Shown here one piece after another: positions 41,932-52,270 of a DNA stretch of 64,000 bases. The DNA is from an uncultured Brachyspira sp. GTDB taxonomy: Bacteria > Spirochaetota > JAAYUW01. Position numbers and translations under genes: made by a program. Within the stretch, counting starts at the first letter, position 1. Each line of letters starts with the position of its first letter. The notes below the pieces were generated by a model. The model had not been told where the DNA came from. It saw only the letters and a program-made list of their open reading frames with translations, and did not search any database. Location: the NCBI GenBank assembly GCA_964581895.1, contig CAZOPR010000008.1, positions 15,903-79,902 of the forward strand, read 5' to 3'.

Positions 41932-42300
41932 ATGTATTTTTTAATCTTTATGCCACTTTTTATGCAACCTTTAATTTTTCAAGATTCCTTTTCAAATGAT
42001 TTTAATTTAAATTCACTAAATTTTTCAAATATCTATCTTTATCCTTTCTCTTTTTTATCTGATATTTCCTTACTAAATATTGATAAAGTTGAAAAAGAAT
42101 CAATATTTTCAAGATCTGAAAATATCTTTTTTCTATTACTTCCATTATTGTACTTTTATCTTTCAAACATGGTAAAATTATCTCAAATTTTACAAAATGG
42201 TTTTGTTTCTGATTCTTTTTCAACTATAGAAAATAGATACATCTGGGGCTCTATATTTGCTATTAGTATAAATATAATTATCCATGATATTTTCCTTTAA
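41932..42300 (+). CDS. Hypothetical hydrophobic protein
   Basis: 122-aa ORF tightly following mtnP; no motif recognised. Confidence 0.5.
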   Translation: MYFLIFMPLFMQPLIFQDSFSNDFNLNSLNFSNIYLYPFSFLSDISLLNIDKVEKESIFSRSENIFFLLLPLLYFYLSNMVKLSQILQNGFVSDSFSTIENRYIWGSIFAISINIIIHDIFL

Positions 42301-42353
42301 AAATCTATAGTAAAAATTTTTTTTATATTTTAAGATTTGAATATTAAAAAATT

Positions 42354-43028
42354 ATGAGGTTAAAAATGAAAAATGAACTAATTAGAAGATTACTCTTGGT
42401 GTTACTAATAATTTTTCTTACAATATTTATAGATCAGATCAGTAAATATCTGATCTCACATAATATGGATTTATACTCTTTTAAATCTATTATTCCAGAT
42501 CTGTTAAATTTTAGATATATTACAAATTATGGGTTTTTACTTGGTATAGGTTCAAACTTAAATGATGGAAGAACATTTAATAAAGTTGTAATAATCACTA
42601 TCTTCGCTTTATTTGTCCTATTAGGTTATTTTATCTATATCTTTTTTCAAAAAACAACATCCAATTTTCTTCTTGTTACTTTTTCCATACTTATTGGTGG
42701 TGCATGGGGAAATTTTTTAGATAGACTTATAAAGGGAAAAGTGGTAGATTTTTTAGAATTTGTACTTCCTTTTAAAAGAATTGGCAGATTCTATATTGGT
42801 TCCACCCCAATATTTAATATGGCTGATTTTTTTGTAACAGTTGGTATTGTATTGCTTTTAATCTATTATTTCATTATAGAACCGAAAGAACATAATAAAA
42901 GAAAAGCTGAAGAATCATCTTCAAATCTATCACAAACCGAGTTTTCAAATAGTACCAAGTTAAATCAAAAAATTGACGAAGAAGAACAGGATTTAGGAAA
43001 CGAAGAAGAAAATTTAATAAAAAAATAA
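42354..43028 (+). CDS. lspA: Lipoprotein signal peptidase II with a low-complexity C-terminal tail
   Basis: DQISK, NYG, GGAWGNFLDRL…VVDF, FNMADFF. Confidence 0.95.
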   Translation: MRLKMKNELIRRLLLVLLIIFLTIFIDQISKYLISHNMDLYSFKSIIPDLLNFRYITNYGFLLGIGSNLNDGRTFNKVVIITIFALFVLLGYFIYIFFQKTTSNFLLVTFSILIGGAWGNFLDRLIKGKVVDFLEFVLPFKRIGRFYIGSTPIFNMADFFVTVGIVLLLIYYFIIEPKEHNKRKAEESSSNLSQTEFSNSTKLNQKIDEEEQDLGNEEENLIKK

Positions 43029-43057
43029 AATTTGGATAAAGATATATTTGAAGATAT

Positions 43058-43185
43058 AAATAGAGATATAAATAAAAATAAAAATAAAAGTAAAAATACA
43101 AGTAAAAGTATAAGTAAAAATATAAGTATAAATACAAGTAAAAGTATTAGTAAAAATATAAATAAAAATATAAGAAAAAATACAA
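43058..43185 (+). repeat. Degenerate hexamer tandem repeat (AATAAA/AGTAAA/AATATA/AGTATA/AATACA)
   Basis: About 20 imperfect 6-bp units visible in the sequence. Confidence 0.85.
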
Positions 43186-43321
43186 ATGAAGTTAATTAAA
43201 CTTAATGGAAATAATGAAAAATATCTTAAGCCATTAAAGAAATAGTTTAGTTCAGAACAAATGAAATATAGTAAAAATTAGAAAAAAGAGAGCTTTTTTA
43301 AAATAATATTTAAGTTTAAGT

Positions 43322-44269
43322 ATGGTAGAAAGTAAAAAAGAGAAAGAAGATGAAATTGAATTTTTTCAAATTGTTATTCCAGAAAACACATTATCGACAA
43401 GAGTAGATAAATTTTTATCTGAATATAGTGGATATTCGAGAAGTAGAATATCAAATTATACTTATAAGCTTTTAATTAATAATAAAGAAGAAAAACTCTC
43501 TAAAATAATAAAGCCAAAAGATCTTGTTCAAATTTATTTGAAAATACCTGATGACTATACAGAAATTATTCCCCAAAAATATGACTTAGATATAATTTAT
43601 GAAGATGATTTATTAATTGTTATAAAAAAACCTTTTAATGTCCCTACTCACCCATCCTTTGGGCATTCATCTGATACAATCCTAAATTATATTAAATACT
43701 ATCTATTGAATAAAAATGAAAATCCTTTACCTGATTGTGGTATGGTCCATAGATTAGATAAAGATACAGAAGGACTTTTAATATTTGCAAAAACAATTGA
43801 AAGTCAGGCATATTTGAAATTTCTTTTTATGAATAGACAAATTGAAAAAAATTATTTTGCAATAATAAAAGGAATCATTGAACCGAAGTTTGCTGAATTT
43901 AACGATAAACTTAAACGAGATCCAAACGATAGACTAAAATATAAGGTTTGTTTAAGTGGAAAAGAAGCGATTTTATCTTATAGTCGTATCGGCGTTTCAT
44001 CAGATTATAGTGCTTTAGACATTAATCTTAAAACTGGAAGGACTCATCAAATAAGAGTTCAATTTTCATATAGAGGACATTTTGTTATTGGTGATCCAAT
44101 ATATGGGAAAAAGCAGAATAAAATTTATGAAGAATATGGTATGCTTTTATTATCTAAAAGAATAAGATTTGTTCATCCTAAGGATAAAAAATTTTTAGAA
44201 TTTGAAATTGATCTACCTCAAAGATTTAAAAAATTTATAAATGATTATAAAATAATTTTAGAAGGTTAA
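43322..44269 (+). CDS. RluA/RluD-family pseudouridine synthase with S4 domain
   Basis: RVDKFL S4 domain, VHRLDKDTEG catalytic Asp, TGRTHQIRV; lspA neighbour. Confidence 0.95.
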   Translation: MVESKKEKEDEIEFFQIVIPENTLSTRVDKFLSEYSGYSRSRISNYTYKLLINNKEEKLSKIIKPKDLVQIYLKIPDDYTEIIPQKYDLDIIYEDDLLIVIKKPFNVPTHPSFGHSSDTILNYIKYYLLNKNENPLPDCGMVHRLDKDTEGLLIFAKTIESQAYLKFLFMNRQIEKNYFAIIKGIIEPKFAEFNDKLKRDPNDRLKYKVCLSGKEAILSYSRIGVSSDYSALDINLKTGRTHQIRVQFSYRGHFVIGDPIYGKKQNKIYEEYGMLLLSKRIRFVHPKDKKFLEFEIDLPQRFKKFINDYKIILEG

Positions 44270-44275
44270 AACAGT

Positions 44276-45349
44276 ATGAGAATGAATATAGGTTTTACTG
44301 GTATTTCTGGAATGCTTGGTAAGAATTTTTTAGACTATTACTTAAAAAATAATGATTTAAGAGAAAAATATAAAATTATTGGTTTATCGAGGAATATTTC
44401 AAAAGATTTGATAAAAAAATATAAAGATAATTCCGACGATATAGTTTTCAGAAATGTAAACTATTTTGATAAAAATAACTTAAAGAATTCACTTGAATCT
44501 ATTGATATTTTGATCCATGCTGCTGGAGTTACAAAAGGTAATTATTATGAAATATTTAAAAAAGGAAATATCGAAGTTACTGAAAATCTTATAAAAGTAA
44601 TTGAAGATGAAAAACTGCCCATAAAAAATTTCATCTTTATTTCTTCTCAATCAGTTCTAGGTCCATCTGATATAGATAATAAAAAAAGTATAGATAAAAA
44701 AACAAATATAGATAAAAAAGCGAAAGAGATTTATTTTGATGAAGAAAATAGTTACAATCCTATCTCAAGTTATGGAAAAAGTAAAGTAGAAGCAGAGATA
44801 AAGATCAAAAATTCAAGTATAAACTGGGTTATTGTAAGGTTTCCTACAATTTTTGGAAAATATGAGATGGACTCTTTAATTTTGTTTAAGTTCGCAAATA
44901 AAAGGATTGTAATAGATACATCCTGGGAAAATTTTACATTATCATATATTTTAGCCGAAGATGGGGTAAAATTGTTATTTTATTTAATAGATAAGATAGA
45001 AAACAGTTTTGAGAAAGTAAATAAAAAAGTTTACCACTTTTGCTATGATAAACCTATTAAAATTAGAGATTTTATGAATGAAATAATAGGGTTTTCAAAT
45101 AAAAAAGCATTTTTTAAAATTTTGGCACCAAAATTCTTGTTTAAAATAACTGCTTTATTTTTTACTTTAGTTTCAATATTAAACAAAAAAGCAATAATAA
45201 TAAATAAAGAAAAGGTCAGTGAATTTTTGCATTCAAAATGGTTTATGGCAAATGATAAAACTAAGCAAATATTGTCTTTAAATAAAATCGAAAGAGAGGC
45301 AAGTTTACAAGAAATATATCAGTGGTATAAAAAGGAAGGATTAATCTGA
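44276..45349 (+). CDS. Extended SDR / NAD-dependent epimerase-dehydratase family oxidoreductase
   Basis: TGISGMLG, HAAG, FISS, YGKSK. Confidence 0.92.
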   Translation: MRMNIGFTGISGMLGKNFLDYYLKNNDLREKYKIIGLSRNISKDLIKKYKDNSDDIVFRNVNYFDKNNLKNSLESIDILIHAAGVTKGNYYEIFKKGNIEVTENLIKVIEDEKLPIKNFIFISSQSVLGPSDIDNKKSIDKKTNIDKKAKEIYFDEENSYNPISSYGKSKVEAEIKIKNSSINWVIVRFPTIFGKYEMDSLILFKFANKRIVIDTSWENFTLSYILAEDGVKLLFYLIDKIENSFEKVNKKVYHFCYDKPIKIRDFMNEIIGFSNKKAFFKILAPKFLFKITALFFTLVSILNKKAIIINKEKVSEFLHSKWFMANDKTKQILSLNKIEREASLQEIYQWYKKEGLI

Positions 45350-45350
45350 T

Positions 45351-46343
45351 ATGGATAAAAAATCATTGTCACTATATCCAATTGATCTTGTAATAATAAT
45401 CTTAAACCTGATTTTTGCTCTGTTTAGTTTTTTAAATCTTGGTAAACTTTATATTAAAGTTGGTAGATTTAGTTTTGATAGGGAATTTTTAGTTGGCTTT
45501 TTCTTTTTGTTTGTAAATCTGTTTGTATTATTTTGGATAAAGGTTTCAAATCCTTCAAAAAATAAAATTGTGCAATTCTTCAGACTTTTTTATGGGCAAG
45601 CCTTTTATATTATATATTTTCCTGAATGTATTACTCTTTCGCAGCTTTTTTATAATGGTAAATCTTTCGATTCAATTTTTGCATATTTAGATTTCATAAT
45701 ATTTCACTATCAACCAGCTGTAGAATTTAGCAAAGCATTTATAACAAATAGATATATTAATGAGTTATTCTTTTTTTCTTATTTTGCCTATTATTTACTT
45801 ATGACTGCTGGATGGTGGATACTCTATTTTAGAAAAAAAAAGAAATTAGCTCATTATTGTTTTTTTGTAACAACATTGAGTTTTGGGTTTTTATATATAT
45901 GGTATACTTTTTTCCCTGTAAAAGGGCCTAAGTTTTATATAGAATCATTACATAATGTCTGGTATTCAAATTTCCAGGGATTTTATTTCACAAACCTTAT
46001 GAAGAGAATATTCAATTCAGCAAATTTAGGAGGCGCTGCCTTCCCCTCATCTCATGTTGCGATTTCACTTATTGCACTTTTCTTAAATAGAACATATAAC
46101 AAGAATCTGATGCCAATAATTTTTCCTCTAACATTGACACTTATGCTTTCAACAGTTTATTTGTATGCTCATTATTTTGTAGATGTCATCGGAGGAATAT
46201 TTGCCGCAATAATGCTTTATACATATGTACCTCTTCTTCAAAATTTATTCTTAAAATTAGCAAAAAATTTTAGTAAAATACTAATAGAAAAATTTAATTT
46301 TAAACAAATTAACTCCATTGAAGAAGACCTTTCTGTTGAATAG
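45351..46343 (+). CDS. Polytopic PAP2-superfamily protein, IPC-synthase (AUR1/PAP2_3)-like
   Basis: SYFAYY, FPVKGP, AAFPSSHV, STVY..AHYFVD; about 8 TM segments. Confidence 0.8.
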   Translation: MDKKSLSLYPIDLVIIILNLIFALFSFLNLGKLYIKVGRFSFDREFLVGFFFLFVNLFVLFWIKVSNPSKNKIVQFFRLFYGQAFYIIYFPECITLSQLFYNGKSFDSIFAYLDFIIFHYQPAVEFSKAFITNRYINELFFFSYFAYYLLMTAGWWILYFRKKKKLAHYCFFVTTLSFGFLYIWYTFFPVKGPKFYIESLHNVWYSNFQGFYFTNLMKRIFNSANLGGAAFPSSHVAISLIALFLNRTYNKNLMPIIFPLTLTLMLSTVYLYAHYFVDVIGGIFAAIMLYTYVPLLQNLFLKLAKNFSKILIEKFNFKQINSIEEDLSVE

Positions 46344-46583
46344 TATCTATTATCCAGTGTGGATCAAACTTAAAATTTAGCTTATATTTCATAAAATGAA
46401 ACTTAACATTTTTAATTTATTCAAGTTTTTAAAGTATTTTCTTTTAGTAAAAAATATTTTTATTCTTTCAAATAAAGTAAATTTAATTTTTGTATTAAAT
46501 AATTATAAAAATAAATCGAAAAATTAAATATATCAATTCTATAATTAATTATAATAATTTAATAAAATAAATTATAAATATTA

Positions 46584-46612
46584 TTGACAAATAAATTAAA
46601 ATATGTTATATA
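46584..46612 (+). promoter_or_regulatory. Sigma70 promoter of the DUF2089 operon
   Basis: TTGACA-17 nt-TATATA with extended TG, behind a ~230-bp very AT-rich tract. Confidence 0.65.
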
Positions 46613-46643
46613 TTAATTGAAGTTCGAAATTGATGGAGGTTTT

Positions 46644-47018
46644 ATGAAAAAAATGATAGGTAGATGTCCTATATGTGGGGAGCCTCTAACTGTTACATCT
46701 TTATTTTGCAAAGAATGCAATCTTACTATCTCAAGTGAATTTGAACTTGATGGATTTTTTAAGTTAACAAATGAGCAACTACTTTTTGTTAAAACTTTTA
46801 TAAGAAATAGAGGTAATATAAAGGAAGTAGAAAAAGAATTAGGAATATCCTATCCTACCGTACGAAATAAGCTTGATGAGATAATTGAAGCACTTGGTTA
46901 TAAAATAGAAGGTAAAGACGATTTTCAAAACAAGAGAAAGGAGATTTTAGCAAAGCTTGAAAAAGGCGAGATTACATCTGAACAAGCGATAGAGCTTTTA
47001 AAAGATATTGAGTATTAA
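46644..47018 (+). CDS. DUF2089-family protein (Zn ribbon, HTH, SHOCT-like tail)
   Basis: CPICG…CKEC; FIRNRGNIKEVEKELGISYPTVRNKLD; GGAGG before ATG 46644. Confidence 0.9.
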   Translation: MKKMIGRCPICGEPLTVTSLFCKECNLTISSEFELDGFFKLTNEQLLFVKTFIRNRGNIKEVEKELGISYPTVRNKLDEIIEALGYKIEGKDDFQNKRKEILAKLEKGEITSEQAIELLKDIEY

Positions 47019-47028
47019 GGGGATTATT

Positions 47029-48009
47029 ATGGAAATAAAAAAAATAAATGGCTCAGATATTACCTCTTTTTCATTTCAGTTATCTTCAGCCGACCTTATT
47101 ATTGAGCAGTCTAATTCAAATACAATTGAAATAGAAACAGATGCGATTTTAGATCAAGATTATGAAATAATTGAAAAGACAAATATGATAGAACTAATAG
47201 AAAAAAGAAGAAATTTTTTAAACTTTTCTTTTTTTAATAGCTCAAAATATTTTAAGATAATAATTCCAGAAAGAATTTCTCTTTTTATTTCAATAGCTTC
47301 TGGAGATTTAAGTATCTTAAACAAAGTAAGTGAAGAAGATAATAAAAATTACTTTAAGACAAAGGCAATAGATGTAAAACTTACTTCTGGAGATTTATCT
47401 GCTGAAAATTTATCTACTGCAATATTTATCTTTTCCTCTACTTCTTCTGACTTATCTATAAAAAATTCAAAGTTAGGGAAAACAAAAATAAAAGGTATAT
47501 CTTCTGATTTATATCTTAATAATTGTATGATTGATGAAATTGAAGCTAAAACAATTTCGGGAGATATCACATTAAAATTATTAAGTTTCAATAAGATTGA
47601 AGCGGATTTGAAGTCTGGAGATATTAGTATAATCTGTCCAAAAACTAAAATAAATGGTTCATTTGATACTCTTTCTGGTGATATTGAGTTAAATGGAATT
47701 GAAATAGATAAAAGCATTGCTTCTCCGTACTTATACTTAAAAACATTATCGGGAGATATTTCTGTCAATGGTAAGTACGAAGTATCCCAAACTCCAGTCC
47801 CTTCGCAGGTGAATGAACCAATAAAGTCAGCTTTTGAAGAATCTACCAAGAAAGATGAAAGAGAAAAGTTTATTCAACTTTTATTTGATGGTAAGATCTC
47901 TGAAAAAGAAGCTGCGGAGCTTTTAAAAGGTTTTGGATTTACCGAAGAAGAAATCGATTCAATATTTGAAGAGTATCTTTTTAGAAAAATTAACAAGGGT
48001 GATAAATAA
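47029..48009 (+). CDS. DUF4097 beta-strand-repeat protein (YvlB/LiaX-like) with C-terminal SHOCT-like helices; no signal peptide
   Basis: Recurrent S(G/S)D(I/L) motifs about every 19 aa; GKISEKEAAELL. Confidence 0.85.
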   Translation: MEIKKINGSDITSFSFQLSSADLIIEQSNSNTIEIETDAILDQDYEIIEKTNMIELIEKRRNFLNFSFFNSSKYFKIIIPERISLFISIASGDLSILNKVSEEDNKNYFKTKAIDVKLTSGDLSAENLSTAIFIFSSTSSDLSIKNSKLGKTKIKGISSDLYLNNCMIDEIEAKTISGDITLKLLSFNKIEADLKSGDISIICPKTKINGSFDTLSGDIELNGIEIDKSIASPYLYLKTLSGDISVNGKYEVSQTPVPSQVNEPIKSAFEESTKKDEREKFIQLLFDGKISEKEAAELLKGFGFTEEEIDSIFEEYLFRKINKGDK

Positions 48010-48020
48010 AGGGAGGTATT

Positions 48021-48536
48021 ATGAGTGATTCAATTTTTTTTGAACTAGAATCTGAAAAGAAAAAAATATTAAAAATGGTTGAAGAAAAAAAGATAACTGC
48101 GGAAGAAGCAGATAGATTGATCTCTATTTTAGAAGAATCTGTCTTGAAAGAAGAAGCGAAAGAAAAATTAAAAGAAGAAATGAGAGAAGCAAAAGATGAA
48201 GATAAAAGTTCAAATCAATTAGGCTTAAAAAGAGAAAAGATACCTAATGTAAAAGGTAAAATAGTGGTTCATGTTTTTGAAAATGGCGTAAAAAAAGTCA
48301 ATGTTGTTTTACCTATAGCACTTGCAAAGCTTGCCGATAAACTGCCGATTCAAAGTAACATTTCTGGTCAATTTGATGGTCAGAATCAGATTTCGATAAA
48401 AGATTTATTTAAGACAGCTAAAGAAAATGGATTAAATATAGAGCAAGGGATGTACATTCTTGTAAAAGATGATGAAGTTCATATTTATGATGCGGATGGA
48501 CTAGAATTTGTCAATGTTACAGAAATTAAAAAATAA
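48021..48536 (+). CDS. SHOCT-like-domain protein (DUF2089-associated)
   Basis: EKKKILKMVEEKKITAEEADRLI; IVVHVFENGVKKVNVVLPI; GGAGG RBS. Confidence 0.8.
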   Translation: MSDSIFFELESEKKKILKMVEEKKITAEEADRLISILEESVLKEEAKEKLKEEMREAKDEDKSSNQLGLKREKIPNVKGKIVVHVFENGVKKVNVVLPIALAKLADKLPIQSNISGQFDGQNQISIKDLFKTAKENGLNIEQGMYILVKDDEVHIYDADGLEFVNVTEIKK

Positions 48537-48541
48537 AAGAA

Positions 48542-48595
48542 GGGCTAACTCATATTTAAAATTAAGAATCTATTTTTCAAATAATGAGATAGCCC
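48542..48595. terminator. Long hairpin between convergent genes (probable bidirectional terminator)
   Basis: GGGCTAACTCAT…ATGAGATAGCCC arms. Confidence 0.65.
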
Positions 48596-48653
48596 AAAAG
48601 CAATTTAATATAACAAAAGCATAACTTTAATAATAGAAATTTATTTATTTTAC

Positions 48654-49952
<1,299 letters not shown>

Positions 49953-50147
49953 TTAAATTAGTTTTTCTGAAAAATCAAAATTATCATCAAGAAAATTTTA
50001 TATTAAATAAAAAAAAAATATAGAAAAAAATTCAAAGTTTGCTAATAATTTTCAAAATAATGAATTGAAATTAATATTATTTGATATATACTAAATATGT
50101 AAATTTTATAGGGCAAGCATTTTCTAAGTCACTAAAAAGGAAAACCT

Positions 50148-51101
50148 ATGAATGAATTACTTTCTATTTTTAATGTAGAATTGCTTATTGGAACCATTAG
50201 ATTAAGTACTCCAATAATTTTAGCCAGTATTGGTGCTACAATATGTGAAAAATCTGGTATAGTTAACATTGCCATGGAAGGTGTAATGATAATCGGTGCG
50301 TTTTTTTCTACTATTATAACACTTAAAACAAATAATCCATGGTTAGGTCTTCTTGCTGGAGTTATGTTTGCTATGATCTTTTCACTAATTCATGCAGTTG
50401 CTACTATAACATTCCATTTAGAACATGTTGTCTCTGGAGCAGTACTAAATATTGTAGCTTTAGGATTGACAAGATACCTTATGATTTTAATAATTGGTCA
50501 TCCAGGAACAACAGATCTTGTAAAAAAATCATTAGGGCAGTATAAATATGCTGTACCATTTCTTTCTAAAATTCCAGTTCTTGGACCAGTATTATTTAAT
50601 CAAACACCTATAGTTTATATGACCTTTATTATTGTGATTGCAATAACTATATTTTTGAATAAAACAAAAACTGGACTACATATTAGAGCAGCTGGAGAAC
50701 ATCCTCTTGCAATAGAAACCTTAGGTATTTCTGTTTCAAAGATGAGATATCTTGCTGTTCTTATTTCTGGCTTATTATGTGGGTTAGCTGGTACTTACTT
50801 AGCTATTGAAAATGGAACTTCTTTTACCGAAGGGATGACAAACGGAAGAGGTTTTATTGCTTTGGCAGCAAATATCTCTGGAGGTTGGAATCCAATAGGT
50901 TCATTTTTAGCTTCACTTCTATTTGGTTTTGCAGATTCTCTTCAATTTAAGCTTCAAGCAAGTAAAATTATAAATATGCCATCAGAGATTTTTACAATGT
51001 TTCCTTATATTATAACAGTTATCCTTGTTGCTGGACTTGTTAGAAAGTCTCGTCCTCCTAAAGCTCTTGGACTTGATTTTTCAATAGAAAAGACAAGCTA
51101 A
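50148..51101 (+). CDS. Nucleoside/purine-type ABC transporter permease (BPD_transp_2, second-permease type)
   Basis: EKSGIVNIAMEG, GLHIRAAGEHP, GRGFIALAA..GGWNP, PYIITV. Confidence 0.9.
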   Translation: MNELLSIFNVELLIGTIRLSTPIILASIGATICEKSGIVNIAMEGVMIIGAFFSTIITLKTNNPWLGLLAGVMFAMIFSLIHAVATITFHLEHVVSGAVLNIVALGLTRYLMILIIGHPGTTDLVKKSLGQYKYAVPFLSKIPVLGPVLFNQTPIVYMTFIIVIAITIFLNKTKTGLHIRAAGEHPLAIETLGISVSKMRYLAVLISGLLCGLAGTYLAIENGTSFTEGMTNGRGFIALAANISGGWNPIGSFLASLLFGFADSLQFKLQASKIINMPSEIFTMFPYIITVILVAGLVRKSRPPKALGLDFSIEKTS

Positions 51102-51491
51102 AAAAATTTACACTTAACTTTCAAATTTTATCCTTTATATTATTCTGCCCAGACCGCCCCACCACCCACCCTGAAATATGTTAGAGATGGCTTTTAATGG
51201 TTTTGCTTTTTAATGATTATATAGTTTTATTTGCAAAGATTTGTTGTTGTAAATTTGATAAAAATTTTTTAAGTTATATCTATATATTGATAAATTCTTG
51301 TTTTTATAGATGTGAAAAATAATTTTGAAGTTATATCTATTTTCATACATAAAATTTAAATATAATGAAAATTTTAATTTTTTGGCAATTTTTGTGCCAG
51401 TAAGAATAATTCAATGGGACTTCTGAAAAAAGAAATTTTTTAAATTTCAAATTTCAAATATCATATTTTTTTATTCATAGTAATTAAAAAA

Positions 51492-52177
51492 GGTAATGTC
51501 AAGTTAATTGTGTCAAAGCTTTGAAATTTCTCATTTATTAAAAGCCTCCTCGATTAATAAAGAGTATTGTAGATTTCTACCTTGGTATTTTACATTCTTA
51601 TCGCTAAAAAATAGGCATAAAAACTTATTAGTACTATTTTAATAATGAAAATATACTTATATTTCATCAAAGAAATTTTTTCTAATAAACTATAAACTAC
51701 TTCTTTTGCTATACCATCCCAAATCAGTGGGGGATAAACTATCTCTATATAAATTACAAGATATTTTTGTGCAGGTTTTCTGTTTATAAATTTATCTATG
51801 ACTTTATTTGGTATTTTTAAATTAGCACTTACTTAGCAAGGTAGATTAAAAGCTTCCCACAAGGTTTTTTATTACATCTTGCTACTTTTCTAGCACTTAA
51901 GGCTGCACAAAACAATGCTCTTATTACATCATCAAGCATAAAAATAAATTTTTTTTCACAAATTTATGAAGGCTTAAAATTACAATCTCATAAATATTCT
52001 TCATTTTCCTTTAACATAATTTCTTCTAACATTTGGTTTAAAAAATTTTTGAAAATTGTTCTAATATTAGTTTATCCAACTTTACTTTCCTCCTTTGAAG
52101 GGCTTTTGTATACCAATTATTTTTAAACTAAAAGCTTTAACCATTAAAGGCTTTGGCAAAATTAATAATACATTACC
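51492..52177 (-). mobile_element. Decayed, internally deleted IS256-family element (686 bp) with both terminal inverted repeats
   Basis: IRs GGTAATGTCAAGTTAATTGTGTCAAAG (51492-51518) and, on the reverse complement, GGTAATGTATTATTAATTTTGCCAAAG (52151-52177), 21/27 identical; resemble IS256 ends. Confidence 0.8.
51600..52079 (-). pseudogene. Frameshifted IS256 transposase remnant; 3' limit approximate
   Basis: AAGGAGG RBS then TTG 52079; fragments in different frames: LNQMLEEIMLKENEEY, LDDVIRALFCAALSARKV, IDKFINRKPAQKYLVIYIEIVYPPLIWDGIAKEVVY; internal stops. Confidence 0.75.
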
Positions 52178-52270
52178 ATCTTATTAAATAAATTTATAAT
52201 AATTTTTAGATATACTTGCAAAAATTTGTTTTCGATTTATATTTTTATTAATGCGAAAGGAGGAGATAAA

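Noticed and set aside
42874-43137. Minus-strand ORF encoding (YLYF)n
   Set aside because: By-product of the hexamer repeat's periodicity; overlaps lspA antisense and has no RBS
46350-46580. DnaA-box-like TTATCCAGT/TGTGGATCA beside an AT-rich tract (possible oriC)
   Set aside because: Only two imperfect overlapping boxes, and no dnaA/dnaN/gidA context
51370-51425. Minus-strand peptide FRSPIELFLLAQKLPKN as an IS3/IS481 transposase C-terminus
   Set aside because: Too short and not extendable upstream; cannot be supported without a search
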